Origin: Camelus ferus
Taxonomy: Eukaryota
Reading direction: 5' to 3'
NCBI RefSeq assembly: GCF_009834535.1
Contig: NC_045697.1
Span: 14,448,001 to 14,512,000, forward strand
Length of the DNA stretch: 64,000 bases
Shown: piece after piece, positions 12,561 to 25,725 of the stretch
Numbering within the stretch: the stretch's first letter is position 1
Layout: each line of letters begins with the position of its first letter
Translations under genes and position numbers: made by a program
Notes under the pieces: model-generated
Database searches by the model: none
Told to the model about the DNA's origin: nothing
What the model saw: the letters and a program-made list of their open reading frames with translations, nothing else

Positions 12561-13744
12561 TAGAAGTCCATCTTTGTCTTTTTTTAGGTACAAGAAAATT
12601 TGCAATGTCTGATGAAGAAATTTGGGAATGCTCTGCTCAACAGATCAAATAATCTGAATTCAAATAATCTTACACAAAGTATAAATACTCTCCTTCAAGA
12701 AAACAAATAAATGAGCTAATTATTATTTTGATTTCTTGAATTTGTGTAAGCGTATTGACTGTCCTTTATGATTGGATTACCACATTCTGTTGATTCTTAT
12801 ATTGTAGTTGGCTTTATTCCTTTGATAACTATGTAAGTTTAAAAAGCTGAAGATCTAATCTGTTCTTAGAAACAATAATCTGTACATATATGAAAATTAA
12901 AAAAATGTGCAGTATACTGTAGATATGTATTTACATGGAATATCATGTGTATGTGCAGTCAAACTGTAATAATTCTACATAATAAAACTGAAAGGGGGTG
13001 GGGAGGAACACAGTTAAAGTGCAATTCTTCCTTGGAAATCTGTTTTAGCCAGCCAATTCATTTGAGTAAAATCTAATAAACTATAGATACGTGGTAAAGA
13101 CGATCAGGTTGGAGCCCTTTTGTCTTAACATAACCAATGTGGCCTGTCCTTCCGATTGGGGATAATTCTCACATGACATAGATATTTTCTGCAATAAGAC
13201 ATTTTTTAGTTTTCCTTCTTTCGAAAAAAGTTCTCAGGCATTATTAAAGGCAAAAGCATGGAGACACTTGTGGTGCGTGTTTTCTTCTTTGTGAATTATT
13301 TATTTTTGGATGAACTGAAAGGGATGTTACACAAGCTCATCTCTGCTGTTGCCTGCTCCTCTGCTCCGCTGTCAGACAGAGGCGTGCTGATCTGACAGAG
13401 GCTTCCTCTGTGAAATATTCCAGGGCATCACAGCCTCTCTACTGGAAAACTGGGCAACATCTATTTTGCACTGTAAGTCTACATAGTCTCCTCTAGGTAC
13501 AGATGAAGAACGCTCCACATACTTAGGACTAATTGGTTTCTCTGGTATGAAAAGGATTAATGGGTACCTGATACAGCATTAGCTCAAGCTGTGCACAGCC
13601 TGGACTGATGCTGAACCAAGTCTACCCTTCTTTCTCTTTCTTTAATTTTTTGGGGGAGCCATTTTTATAGTATTTCCTCTGAGAACATGAAAAGCACACT
13701 ATAATCCTGAACCCATCATGGGCCTCACTACCCTGCCCTAGTTT

Positions 13745-13860
13745 TTCAGTACATTTACTGGATTTCTACTGTATTCCAGGTGTTGTGCGAGGTCCTGGGA
13801 ATTCAGCAGCACATAAGACAGCCATGTTCTCTGTCCCCTCGGAGCCTGCAGTCTAGCCAC
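13745..13860 (-). mobile_element. L2 3' end fragment
   Basis: catttactggatttctactgtattccagg...cctgggaattcagca...tgtcccctcggagcctgcagtctag. Confidence 0.65.
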
Positions 13861-15449
13861 GGTGGTCTCACCTTGACTCCTTCTCTTTCTTCTCTTCTCC
13901 CTTTCACTGACTTGGCTCTTCCTCCTTGAGATGTCACGGTTTAGCATTGGAGGAGGCACTCTCTTAGCCATCTTTGCCTTCTATCAGGCATGAGGAAGCT
14001 CACAATGTCCAGCAAAGAAATTTAGGAGTGCTATGCTCAACAGATCACCGCCCTAAAGTCAACCCATCTTCCACGATTATACCTAAGAATGCATCCTACG
14101 TCAAAATCAGGGGTTATATAATTAAGCCTAGACTCAACCCAAAAACCCACAAGGGAAGTCTAAAGAGTTGGGAAAACTGAATCTGTAAGAAAAAGGGTCC
14201 ATGGCAAGTAAGCCAAGTATAAGTAAGATCTGATCTGGAGCCCAGGTACTGCAGGCTAAAGCTCTCTTCTGCCAAGGCACAAACGCACAGAGGTGCTCAG
14301 ACATCCGGGGTAAAGGCCCAATGGTGGGAGGTCCTACTTTCCATCTACTTTGTTCTTTTCTCTATTACAGATAATGATCAAGAAAGTTGAGGCCATCAGG
14401 ATTAACAGCAGGGCAGATGTGAGAGAAAAAGATCACAATGGTAGCTACAATACTGATAACTGGTCTACCATGTTTTACACTCTGACCTGCCTCATTCCGT
14501 GTTTTATGAGAGAAAGGAGCCAGGCAGTCCTGAGCGTCAACCCACCAACATTAGCTCTTGCAGAGCAGGGTCTCTGTTGTACTCACCATTGGCATTCCAG
14601 CTACCCAGCCCCGACCTAGAGCACGGCGGGCGTTCAGTGGATGGCTGTGAATGAACGGGTGGCCTATTGCTCTGCTGCCTCCAGGCTGAGTGTCCATGGA
14701 GTAGTCCCTGCTCTTTTCTCACCTTCATACAAATAGGAGTGTTATTTTGAAGGTCAAGTGAGAAAGCACTTAGTTTAATAAATGTTTTCTTTTTAAAGTA
14801 TTATCATTATCTCTGACTGCCTTCCTCTATCACCAAACTTTAATTCAGTTGTTAACTGCACAATATTAAAACCGGCCTCAGAAACCGGTTTCAGGCTTTC
14901 ACATCACTCTATGTAAAAAGATCTTCTCCACTTTCAAGGACCTTGCTTTAACGTCTGAAGAGGAACTGGTCTCTACCTTTTTCTATCACCGAAATGTTTA
15001 TTAAATGGCTTTAGGCATTTCAAATAAAGGAATTATAAAAATGAAAATTACAGCATTACTATGCCATTCTTAACTAATTAAATTAATTAAGAATGTAATT
15101 TTCACACACTGAAATTTATAATATCAAACTGTATGCAATTATATGCAATTTTCAAGAGAAATGAGAGAGAAGCCACTTTGATTTTTCTATTTTACCAAAG
15201 TTATTCAGTTTTAAAGCCACTTGTTGTGTAAGATATTTTAATTCTGGTGGGCTAAATAGTCTGTCAATTGTCCCCTGACAGTCCTATAAATAGAGACTAA
15301 AAAAAAGCATTTGTCATTGTATGTCCAGGCTAAGATGTTTGATATTTTTATGATTTGTACAATAACATTAATAATAATTTCATAGTGTAGTACTTCTCAA
15401 CTTTAAATGCTTTCATTTCTATCTTTATACAATCTTATCAGGTTGAGAA

Positions 15450-16020
15450 CATTCTATGTGGAAAGGATAACCCAGCATAGGTTTAACATCATGGAAAGGC
15501 ATATTTGTGGAACAGTGTGAAATTCAAAGTGGCTGGAACAAAGGATGCACAGTGGGGAGAGGCAGGGTGTAGCTGGAATTAGGTCTGGCAGATTTTGATG
15601 GGACACACATTACACTGAGGGGCCAGGTCATAGTTACTGGAAAACGGAGAGTTACAGAGAATGATCTACTTGTATTTTCAGAAAGATAACCCTTGCAGAG
15701 GGGTAATCTTTTTGATGGATTTGAATAAGAGAAAACATTGAAACAGAAATATCAGACAAGGTATTGATTCCATAGTCCAGGCAAGAGCAGACGAAAAGCT
15801 GAACAAAGGTATTAGCATTGGGAAAATACAAAGATACCAGATTCAAGAGGTGTTCCCTGAGGCAAAATTGACAAGACTGGAGGGAGAGGAATCTAAGGTA
15901 GGACGTGGTTGAAAGACATGGCTGATGAGAGTGCAGTGAAAGCAGAGAATGATATAAAGAAGGTTGCTTTGGTTGCCATTTGCAATTTTTGAATCAAAAG
16001 AGATGCACCATGGATTTACA
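15450..16020 (-). mobile_element. L2 LINE fragment
   Basis: gtggctggaacaaagga...tttcagaaagataaccctt...catagtccaggcaagag. Confidence 0.55.
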
Positions 16021-16029
16021 ATGACCACT

Positions 16030-16200
16030 AGTAAAATGTTTAGATTTCTATAGCGCCTTAAGTTGTTTATAGTATTTTCAAATACATTTTCTTATTAGAG
16101 CCACACAATAACCCTGTGAAATAGGTGGCTATATAGATAAGGAAACAAAGGCTCAGAGAAGGATTTAGTCAGTAAGATCACCTGGTAATAAGGCGAAGAT
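16030..16200 (-). mobile_element. MIR SINE
   Basis: cacaataaccctgtgaaataggt...atagataaggaaacaaaggctcagagaagg. Confidence 0.75.
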
Positions 16201-18199
16201 TCTTATTTGCTTATCATGTCACATTATTTTTTATGAAATACATCAAGTAACATACAGAAAGGTATATTTAGAAATAAACCATTTGGAATGATCAAACTTA
16301 GGACATATTTGGATGCTTGATATCTGATTTTTATTTTAAAAAGTAAAATTATAGAATTGAAATTATGAAGAACTGTAATTATAAATAAATTCAGTTGTTA
16401 ACTGCACAATATTATTTTTATGTATACAGATTTTTTATGGAATATGTTATCCTTTTGAAATAAGAGCAACAATGAATAAGTTTTATTGAATTGCTAGAAG
16501 CAATTGTTGAAGGGTCTGTGTAGTTTACGTTAACAGTTGAATATTTATGAATGGCTATCTCTACCGTATTTGCTCATGGGACTTTTGGTATCTTTTGGGG
16601 CCAAGAATTATGGTCTCAATAAACAGGCATCAGAATCCCAAAGACAATTACCATATGTCTCCTGAGTCATCAGTGAATAGTTCTGCTAACAAGTTTATCT
16701 TTCTTTTTATATACAAACCACATATTTGACATGTATCTGTTAGAAGAGAAATTACTGAAAGACACAACTTATTCTATCTCTTTAATTGTCAACTATTAGA
16801 ATAATAGTTTATTGATGTCTTAATTATTAAATTAGAATTTCATGGTGAAACCCAAACCAGTTGATTTAGTCAAGATGAAGTATATTTTGCTGTGCCTTTG
16901 TTTTGATATATAACTGATTTTCCCGGAATGTTGGACTGTGTATCTGGATAATATTCTCATATTCTCCCAAAATCACTCTTTTGGCATGCTCAGGATGCTA
17001 TCTGAAAGTATGGCTTTTTGTTTGAATACTTTCTAAGTTTACAAGAGTGCAGTAGTAAGATAATCAATTTATTGAAAATGGAAGAGACCCTTGTGAGTTA
17101 ACCCACTAGAATTCTCAGTAAACCAAATTAATTGCCTATATTATGGATTATCTGCAAAAAAAATCTGTCTTTTAAACATTGTTATACATTCATCAGATGT
17201 CTTGATTCCAGGTGGTCATTTTAAGGAACAGATAAATACCCATCAGTACACAGAGAAGCTGGAGTAGATATTCCTTTTAGAGATAAATGATGAAGCACAG
17301 ACCATCACCCTATGCCTTCTGTCACTAATAAATATTGTACTTCCTTTTAGGAAAAAAATCTGGTTTTATTACCATATTTAAGAGACTTTTTTGTTTTATT
17401 ACTTAATGATGATTCTGATTATTTTTAATCTAGAGAGAAATGAGAGTTTCTTCTTTTTTCCCAATACATTCTATCAGAAATATACTAGGAAAATAGTTAA
17501 CTCCCCTTTAGGGCCTCTCAAACTATTTAATGATCTGTGTATAACATAGGCCAAGCGAGGATGTCACATTTAATCCTAAGGTACTTCTGTCTGTGCAAGG
17601 ACAGATGGCCTCTGGAAATGCAGTATTAGCTATTCAGTTACTTTTTCCAGTTAAGAGACACAACCTGGAATAAGTAAGGTGCAGACAACCAGTTCATGTT
17701 CTGTTCTATCTCACTGATTTCCACTCACAGAAAACGTCCTCGCTGTAGAGCAAGGAGGTAGGTGCTAACATGGCCGTGTTAAAATAATTTATTTTTCAGA
17801 TTTTCCTGACATACTTTCCCTTTCATAAAACACTTTCCCATTGGAAAACAGAAAACATATCTCTTGCCCATTCTAGAAACTGCTTACGGTGGAGGGCCCT
17901 GGGGCTTAAATCCCTCCCGAGTGTCAAGCACAGGGACAATACTAAACACTGTCACCAGCTGGATGCCAGCCCTAGAGGAACGAATCATTTTCAAAGCCAA
18001 TTTCTAATTCTTGGCTTTCAACAAAATTGATAGGGGACAAAGTCAACTTGTCAGCTGAGAGACTGTCAAAAATTATTTTTCATTCACTAGGTGATTTTTG
18101 ACAAATAAATTGGGAGGAGTTCAAAGAATTATAACACACTTTTAACAAAACTCACTCTTCTCCAATCTACTTGCTGAACTTCAGAGGGCCATATAGAGC

Positions 18200-18600
18200 C
18201 AGATTCTGGCTGAATTCAGACTCCGTTGCTTACTTACCTGTGTGACCACAGGAATATACCAACTTCTCTATGCCTACATTTCAAATTCTATTAGCCAGCA
18301 CTATAGGCAGGCACTTCAGACGTATTAATCTATACTACCCTCACAATAACTCTGTGGGGAGGGTAATGTTATCATTTTATTTTACATAAAGAAACTGAAG
18401 TTCAGGGAGATAAAAATGGTAAATATAAATGCAAATATTTTGAAGTGGCAAAATTTAAAAATTATCCAAAGGGAAAAAGAATACTACTTCACTAATAGGG
18501 CCTCATAGCGAGGATCAAACAAGTTCAGTAGAGCAGCAAACATTCGGACCCACGCTTAGCACCCAACAAACACTCTGTGAGTTTAGCTGTTGTTACTATT
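18200..18600. mobile_element. MIR fragments in both orientations
   Basis: cttacctgtgtgacc (+); ctcacaataactctgtggg...aaagaaactgaagttcagggag (-); cctcatagcgaggatcaaa (+). Confidence 0.6.
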
Positions 18601-19229
18601 TCTGTGAACAAAAATTTTCAGCACTTATATCCATAAGAATGTAAAGGAGAAATATAATTGATGTTTAGCCCATTCATATTCTGACAGTTAACACAAGTCT
18701 TCCATGGAAATGTGAACCAAAACACACTTCAATGAAATTATGTCCTCTTAAAAATTTTTTTTCAAAACTTGAAATAAGTTATTTTGATCAACTATTAATG
18801 ATTGTTATTCATCTCAACTGAAAAATTAAACAGAATTGAATTTATATAGGTACTTTTCTTGCAGAGAAATATGATACCATGATGAAGAAAAGGCTTTCAA
18901 CCATAAAAATACATATATTATATTTAGATACATTTCTGTGGAAAAAGTAGAATAAAAGTTGAACATTTTGGCCTCAAGAAAAATAATGAATGTATGATGG
19001 TATCAATTTTCTATAGCAGTTAGATGCAACATAATAAATACATTTAAAAGATGGATGAAACATTTTAAAAGTCTGTATTTGCAGTATGCTGGGAATTATA
19101 ACATCCAGAACTATATTAATTAATTAAACTTATGATGAAAACATTCCAATTTCAATTAAAAATGTGTGAGTGTGTATAGTTGCTCAAAGTTATTTTAGGA
19201 ATATGAGCAAAAAAAAGAAATACTGTTTA

Positions 19230-19420
19230 AAGAACAGTAGACTTGGATGCAGAAGACTCACTTTTCAGGCCTACTTTAGTGACTGTTACTACTTTTAGGG
19301 ACTTGGGAAATTGACTTAATGTCTCTGAACTTCAATTTTTTACCTGTAAAATGGGATTCGTTATTAAATTGAAACTTAAAAATATACGAAAATTTGCTAA
19401 AAACTCTGAAGTACTCTTTA
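19230..19420 (+). mobile_element. MIR SINE
   Basis: gacttgggaaattgacttaatgtctctgaacttcaattttttacctgtaaaatggga. Confidence 0.75.
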
Positions 19421-20569
19421 AGTATGAAAGTACAGAATAACCAACCAAGAAAAGTACCCGAAAATGTTTCTTGCAAGATTCTTACAGCCCAAGATGTGGA
19501 ATTCTTTCAAATGTGTTAAATGTTCTTTAAAATTATTATTTATAGAATTTATTTTACAAGTTTTGTTCTCCTGGTGTACAAAATGAGTCTGAAGTTGTCT
19601 CTGAAAACTTAAATATATCTAACTGCTTATGGTCCACAGTTGAACTTGTGAGGGTTTTTGTTTTTGTTTTTGTTTTTTTAAGTGTGACTGCAAAGTTAGG
19701 AGATGGATTTTCCTCCTTGGATTGTAAACTGGCTCTGTAGACAATTTCAAAAGGGTAATTCACCAAAAGATTCTGTCAGTATCATCAGAATCAGAGAAAA
19801 AAATTTTTAAGGCATTTCATTAAAAGCTAAGAAGCCTTTACATCTATAAATCCTGGAGTTTTTGCTAAAAAACTGTCTCTGCATTACAGTCACAAGTTGC
19901 ATTTTTATTTTCTCATTTACTTGTAGGAGAAAACACCCCAAGTCACACCTGGTACAAAACTAACACCATGAGCAGACCAGCTACACGGTGATGTTTGAAA
20001 AAAATTAGAAATTCACTCAAGAAACTCAACTCTTGTGTCACTCTGTGAATTTCCACACCACCCCTATTTTTTTATTGTCATTTTTTTCTATTTTGGAAAT
20101 AGGATCTTTGCAGTGGATAGTGAATCATTAGTATCTTCTCAATGGCATGTTGTCTACATTCTTCATTGGACAGAGCATCACAAAAAAATGTGCAGATACT
20201 TAGCTCATAATTTGTAAGAGTAACTCTCTCAGTCCCTGAATAGCAAAGTGAATAAATGAAAGGATTACACACAAAGGAACTGTCATTGTATGAATTAGTA
20301 TTGATTTTCAGCTCCACGTGGACCATAGTGGCATAACCAAATAAGTGTTCATTTCTACAAAACAGAAGTGTAGAAGTAGGAACTTCCATTGAAACCTTCT
20401 AAACCTAACCGCAATACTATCAGTATTATACTAGGAATTTAGGTTAGACCAGACCAAGAACCTTCAAAGCTCTAAGCAAGTACAAAATACTTAATTCCTG
20501 TCCAGTAAGGACTGCAAGACTCTATCCTACATCAATTGAATGCAAGTCAACCACTTTAATTAAGCTAAG

Positions 20570-20980
20570 CCCTTTCTAGATTGGTTCATGGTAATCCGTG
20601 GCTTTCTTTCTCTTGCTCAAAGATGGCTACTATAGATACCTCCAGTCATCCTACCAACATTACAGTCAAAAAGAAGGGGAAGTTTGAAGGGCAAAGGCAG
20701 GTGCCAACTGAGTCTATTCCCTCTCCTCCCCCTCCTCCTCCTTCCCCTCCTTCTCTTCTTCTGAATTGAGAAATCAAAAGTTTGTCTGGAAATTCTACCC
20801 AGTGGACCAACAGACTTCCACTTGTAGCTCATTGTTCGAACTGCATTAAATGATTATCTCTAACAGCAAGAAAGCCTGGTTAATTGTATTATCTAGGCTC
20901 ATTGCTGCCCCAATTAAAATTGGTGTTCTGTAAGTGACAAAGAAATGAGAATGGATAAAAGCAGCGTCTAGCCCTGTCTA
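20570..20980. mobile_element. Ancient ERVL/MaLR-class LTR with an internal (CCT)n tract
   Basis: aagatggctact...cctccag...cagacttccact...ctcattg...cagcaagaaagcctgg motif order resembles old MLT1/LTR33-type elements. Confidence 0.5.
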
Positions 20981-21489
20981 ATTCACTCAGCTTTAGCAAT
21001 GCATTTTTTAAAAATTTCTTTTAAAGATTCACAAATGCACTCCAATTAAACTCCAATATATTCAATATATTTGTAGTTTTGTGGCATCTTGTCATGTACT
21101 TAACTGCATGTCCCTTCTCAGGATCAAATATTGTATCTTATTCTTCATTATGTAGCTACCAGTACATAGTGGGCAGTTATTCATGATTTATTCTTTTCTC
21201 ATATTGGGTTTGTATCATTCCAACTCTGGGATATATTAAAATACCTAATACATTCCTAATGAGTTCTGAGTACATAATGGCTTGAATTATTGGCATATTA
21301 AGCACTGACCACTAGTTAAACAGTCTTGAAGCTTCTGTACTTTGAGCCTAATTATCTTGATTTGATTGAGAGCATGAGATAGTCCATGTTGTTTTTTTTT
21401 ATTGAATGAAAGATTCTTTAAATTCTATAGTGCTTTACAATTTTCAGAAGTTTTATATAAATGATTTCATATAAACCCACAATAACCCT

Positions 21490-21895
21490 TTCCCCCCACC
21501 ACCCCTTTATTGCCCTCCCCCTTCCCTCTCTCTATGGGTAACCACTAGTTTGTTCTCTATAGCTGTGTCTGCTTCTTTCTTGTTTTATTCACTAGTTTGT
21601 TGTGTTTTTTAGCTTCCACATATATTATGTTATATAGCATTTGTCTTTCTCTGTCTGATATACTTCACTTAGCATGATGTCCTCCAAGTCCATCCATATT
21701 GCTGCAAATGGCAAAATTTCATTGTTTGTTATGGCTGAGTAGTATTCCTGTGTGTGTGTGTGTGTAGCTCACATCATGTCTATCTATTTATCTGTTGATG
21801 GACACTTAGATCACTTCCATATCTTGGTAATTGTAAATAACACTGCTATGAACATTGGGGTGCATGTATCTTTTCTAATCAGTTTTTGTTTTCTT
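21490..21895 (-). mobile_element. LINE-1 3' fragment (antisense), adjacent to or inserted in a MIR
   Basis: ggtaaccactagtttgttctctat...cttcacttagcatgatgtcctccaagtccatccatattgctgcaaatggcaaaatttcatt...gctatgaacattggggtgcatgtatcttt. Confidence 0.92.
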
Positions 21896-22560
21896 TAAAA
21901 GCTGAAACTAAAAAACGTGTTATGATTTCATATTTCTAGGCCATTGCTTGAGTGTGGAAAACCTGCATACTATTTTCACAACCAAAGCACCTTGGATTGG
22001 TGAGCTTGAGTAGAACTCCTCTGAATGATTGTACCAAGGGTCTGAGGACAAACTCTGTGTCAGACAAACTTTGGCTTGCCTGTTATTTCTTCTAAATATT
22101 AGTTATGTGATTAGGCAGTAAGAGAATCGTCCAGCTGCACTACCTCTTTATATACTTTTAAATTGGGATTTATTTCACTGTATTGAAAAATAACACTTTT
22201 TTTCTCTTTGTTTTCTTTTTTCAATCTATATCCCATGACCTAGCACAATCCTGGCACATAATGGGTCAAAATAATATTGAGTGAATGGATGAATGACTTT
22301 GGGCCAGTTTCTAAGTCTCTATACTATCGTCTCCTCATCAGTAAAGGCATATGTGAAAGTGCTAAACAGTAAGGGAAAGTATTAGCGTAAGGGAAGTAGA
22401 GTCATGGATTCCGCATCAGAACCACAGAACACAAAATATGATCTGAGTGACTATTTTCTCAGTTCTTCCTATAATAGAACAGAGCTAGTACCATGCACAT
22501 GCACAGGAGAGAGACTAATTCATTATATATTATATAATCACATTTTACATCACACGTGCT

Positions 22561-23115
22561 TGTGTTGGAAAGTCTCAAAGGTTTGGTGAGTCACCAGAAG
22601 GACACACAGGACTCAGCATACAGTCCTACTCATGGCTACGGTTTATTGCAACAGAAGCGTACAAAACAAAATCAGCCCAGGGGAAAGGCATGTTGGGCAA
22701 AGTTCAGAGGGACGCAGGTGCAAGCATCCAAGAACCCTCTTCCAGTGGAGTCATGTGGGACCCACTTAATTTCCCCTGCAAGAGTCATGACAACATGTTG
22801 AATTGTTGCCTATCAGGAAAGCTCATTAAAGACACAGTGTCCAAGGTTTCTACTGGGGTCAGGTCACGTAGACACTCTGCTTAGGATGTACCACAATTTC
22901 AGACTCCCAGAAGGAAATCAGGGGTTTATTATAAACTGCATTTTTTTGAACAAATAGTTTAGGAACTGTGAGCCAGTCTTACCAGTTAGGAAGTAATGGG
23001 AACCCTCAGGAAATCCAAGTGCACAGATGCCAGACAAGGGTCAACCTGGCAGGCAGCCTTTCAGACTCAGGCTATGGAGATCGGACTCAGGCCCATACGT
23101 CAACTTTTCTACACA
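22561..23115 (-). mobile_element. MER21-like ERVL solo LTR
   Basis: caggactcagcatacagtcctactcatggctacggtttattgca...aaaatcagc..gggaaaggca...ccagtggagtca matches MER21 as recalled; TG...CA ends. Confidence 0.8.
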
Positions 23116-24607
23116 ATGCCTAAGGGTATTTGGTTGACAAGATATCTGGCCTTTTGGGGTCTTAGCAAAGCTTGACTAAAGGGAAGCGTGAGAGGTGAGC
23201 AGTGCAGAGAGAAAGGCAGGAATACAGCTGGTTCTGTCCCACCCCCCCTCCTTCTGGCAGAAGGAGATGAAAGCTTGGGCAATGTCTGGATTAATTCGAC
23301 CATCTGCCTGTCTTCCTACTTGATTTTACTGTTCATCACAAAGGAAACAGAGGTGATTTTCAACGCATTGTACCCTGCAACACATCTTTAGCTACTTCCT
23401 GAGAAGTACTCATATATCGTGTTCCTGTGTTTTGCATGTATTGGAGCTTGCAATTTAAAGTCAACCTCTGCAGAACTCTTCGGAAAACTGAGACATTCAT
23501 TTATAAAACTTACTTCTTAAGTCATTCATCCTGTAAGTTCAAAGTTTAGTGTTTTGAGATTTTGTAAAGTAAGGCACAGTTATGGGACATTTTCCCCGCC
23601 ATCAGTGAGTTTGTACACGATTCACTCCAACATATTGAACTTCCTGGAAATTACTGAACTTAGAAAAGCATCTCCTGGATTTCTTGCTATGGTGCAGTAT
23701 TTGTGCTTTCACCTTAGTTTCTTCTGCTCAAATAATTTAGCTGTTGGCCACTGGGAATAATTGCATAGCCCAAAATAAATTCTTACACCTCTCTAAACAA
23801 AGCAAGAAATTATGAAACCAACAATTAGTATCAAAATACAACCTTTTTGTATTTTTCTTAAGATATTTTTGCTGGTTTTATTTTGGGACTGTGGCTAGAT
23901 GGCCTTTTTCCAAGAAAGTGAATGATGATTTTAGTGAGCAGAAAAGGAGAAAGAAGTGTGTGGGAATAAAATATTTAAATTGCTGCTTTCTTTGCAGCTG
24001 TAATAGTGCCTGTAACTGATGGGATTACAATATTTAGAACTCACGGGTATTTATTCCTATCTTAAAATATTCTGAGGACCATAATATTTTTAAATCGCAG
24101 TTCTTTGAAATATGATAAAAATTGATTAAAAGTAAAAAAAGTCTTTTCCTTGATACAATATTAATCCCTTCATGGAACAGCTTTACTAAATAAAGAAAAA
24201 AAAGTGAAGACAAAAATATTTCTTTCTTGCTAGCATTTTGATTTTTGGAGGAGGATTTGAGACTGAATTCTAGCTGTTTGTTTTCAGTATTCATTACAGT
24301 TTAAATTAAAATGTGTGGAATTTAGTTATAACGTCCCAATGCCATTTCAGTTGTATGCAGCTGAGCAAGTGCAGTGCCTTAGAAAAATGCCATGTTTATC
24401 TATATTTTTAAAAGGGTATTTTTAAAGCTAGAAAACAATACACCAGCATACATTTTTAAGCTATTATTTGCCAAAGCAGTGTTATATTAAAATGTCTACT
24501 GTTTCTAGGGCTTTTTAATAATTGAAGACATGATTTATTTCCAGGGGACTACCTAATTCAATTCTGAGAGGAACAATAGAAACATTAGAACAAAAACTAA
24601 GAACTTG

Positions 24608-24634
24608 GTGTGTGTGTGTGTGTGTGTGTGTGTG
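24608..24634. repeat. (TG)n microsatellite
   Basis: Perfect TG run. Confidence 0.97.
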
Positions 24635-25109
24635 CAACTGGACACAGAGAACAATAATAAGAGTATTAAAATATGTTCAAAGAAATGCATTTCCTCAATG
24701 TTAGCTCTAATATATGGCATTTTGGTGTCACTTTTAAAACTATGTAAAAGCTATACATTACATTAACTTATGTTTAGCAAATACAGAATTTCAAAGATAG
24801 TTCCAATTTTATTCTTTTTCAAAATCAAAACTGACTTGTCAAAATGTGCATAAGTGAAGATTTAATTTTCAGCTTTTAAAGTTCTTCATATAAATGAAGT
24901 TTTAAAGTTTTGCTATGGCATACATTACTGTAAATAAACAAATTAGAAAAAAAATTCCAGGTTATTACGTTTGATTAATATTGCAAAACAGAAACACTGC
25001 TTATAAAAATCATGTTTTTGCATCATTGAAATTTAGAGAAATCCTCATAACTTATGTATTCCTTGCCACGTTTGGAACTATTATTTATAAAAGTACAGAG
25101 TGGAACCTA

Positions 25110-25340
25110 GCTAATTCTACCAGTATTTATTAAATGCCTCATAAACATAGAACCTAATTCTCTCATCAACTCTGATGCTCTAGTGGGAGATGAATACAAG
25201 TAAATAGGTATTTATAATACAACTTGATAAGTACAATGTTCCAAGTTAATAAGAACATTGTGGAAATCCACAGAAGGAGCACCCGGCTCTACCAACTGAA
25301 GGGGATAACTTAATGAAAGCTTTTCCAAAGTAATGACACA
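25110..25340 (-). mobile_element. L2 fragment
   Basis: cagtatttattaaatgcct...ctctagtgggaga...cacagaaggagcacc. Confidence 0.55.
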
Positions 25341-25612
25341 GAAGTTGGATCATTACTTGGATTCTAGTAGGATTATCCATGGTTCATGATATTTTAAAAC
25401 AATTTCAAGATAAGATCTGGCAGACCCAATATTAGTGAACATTCACAATGTTAACCCAAACAATTGTTGCCTTAGGTGAAAACTGTATTGATTTTGACTC
25501 TCCAGTCCTTTCTTTCCACAAAACTTTAGATACCGTGTCTAGCTAAAAAGGCAGAAAACCAGAAAGCAGTTTAGCCAGCTCTGAATTAAAATTACTTAAC
25601 AGTGTGCATGGG

Positions 25613-25725
25613 TAGAGTGGCCACCCATCCTGGTCCATCAAGGGTATCTCGGGATTCTAGCACTCAAAGTCTCACGTCTCAGGAAACCCCTCAGTACCGG
25701 GCAAAGCAAATGATTGGTTACACTG
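25613..25725. mobile_element. hAT-Blackjack MITE (MER81-like)
   Basis: ~113 bp with decayed TIRs tagagtggccacccatcctgg ... ccgggcaaagcaaatgattggttacactg and internal gaaacccctcagt. Confidence 0.65.

Noticed and set aside
20617..20832. Arg-rich protamine-like minus-strand ORF
   Set aside because: Artefact of translating the (CCT)n low-complexity tract.
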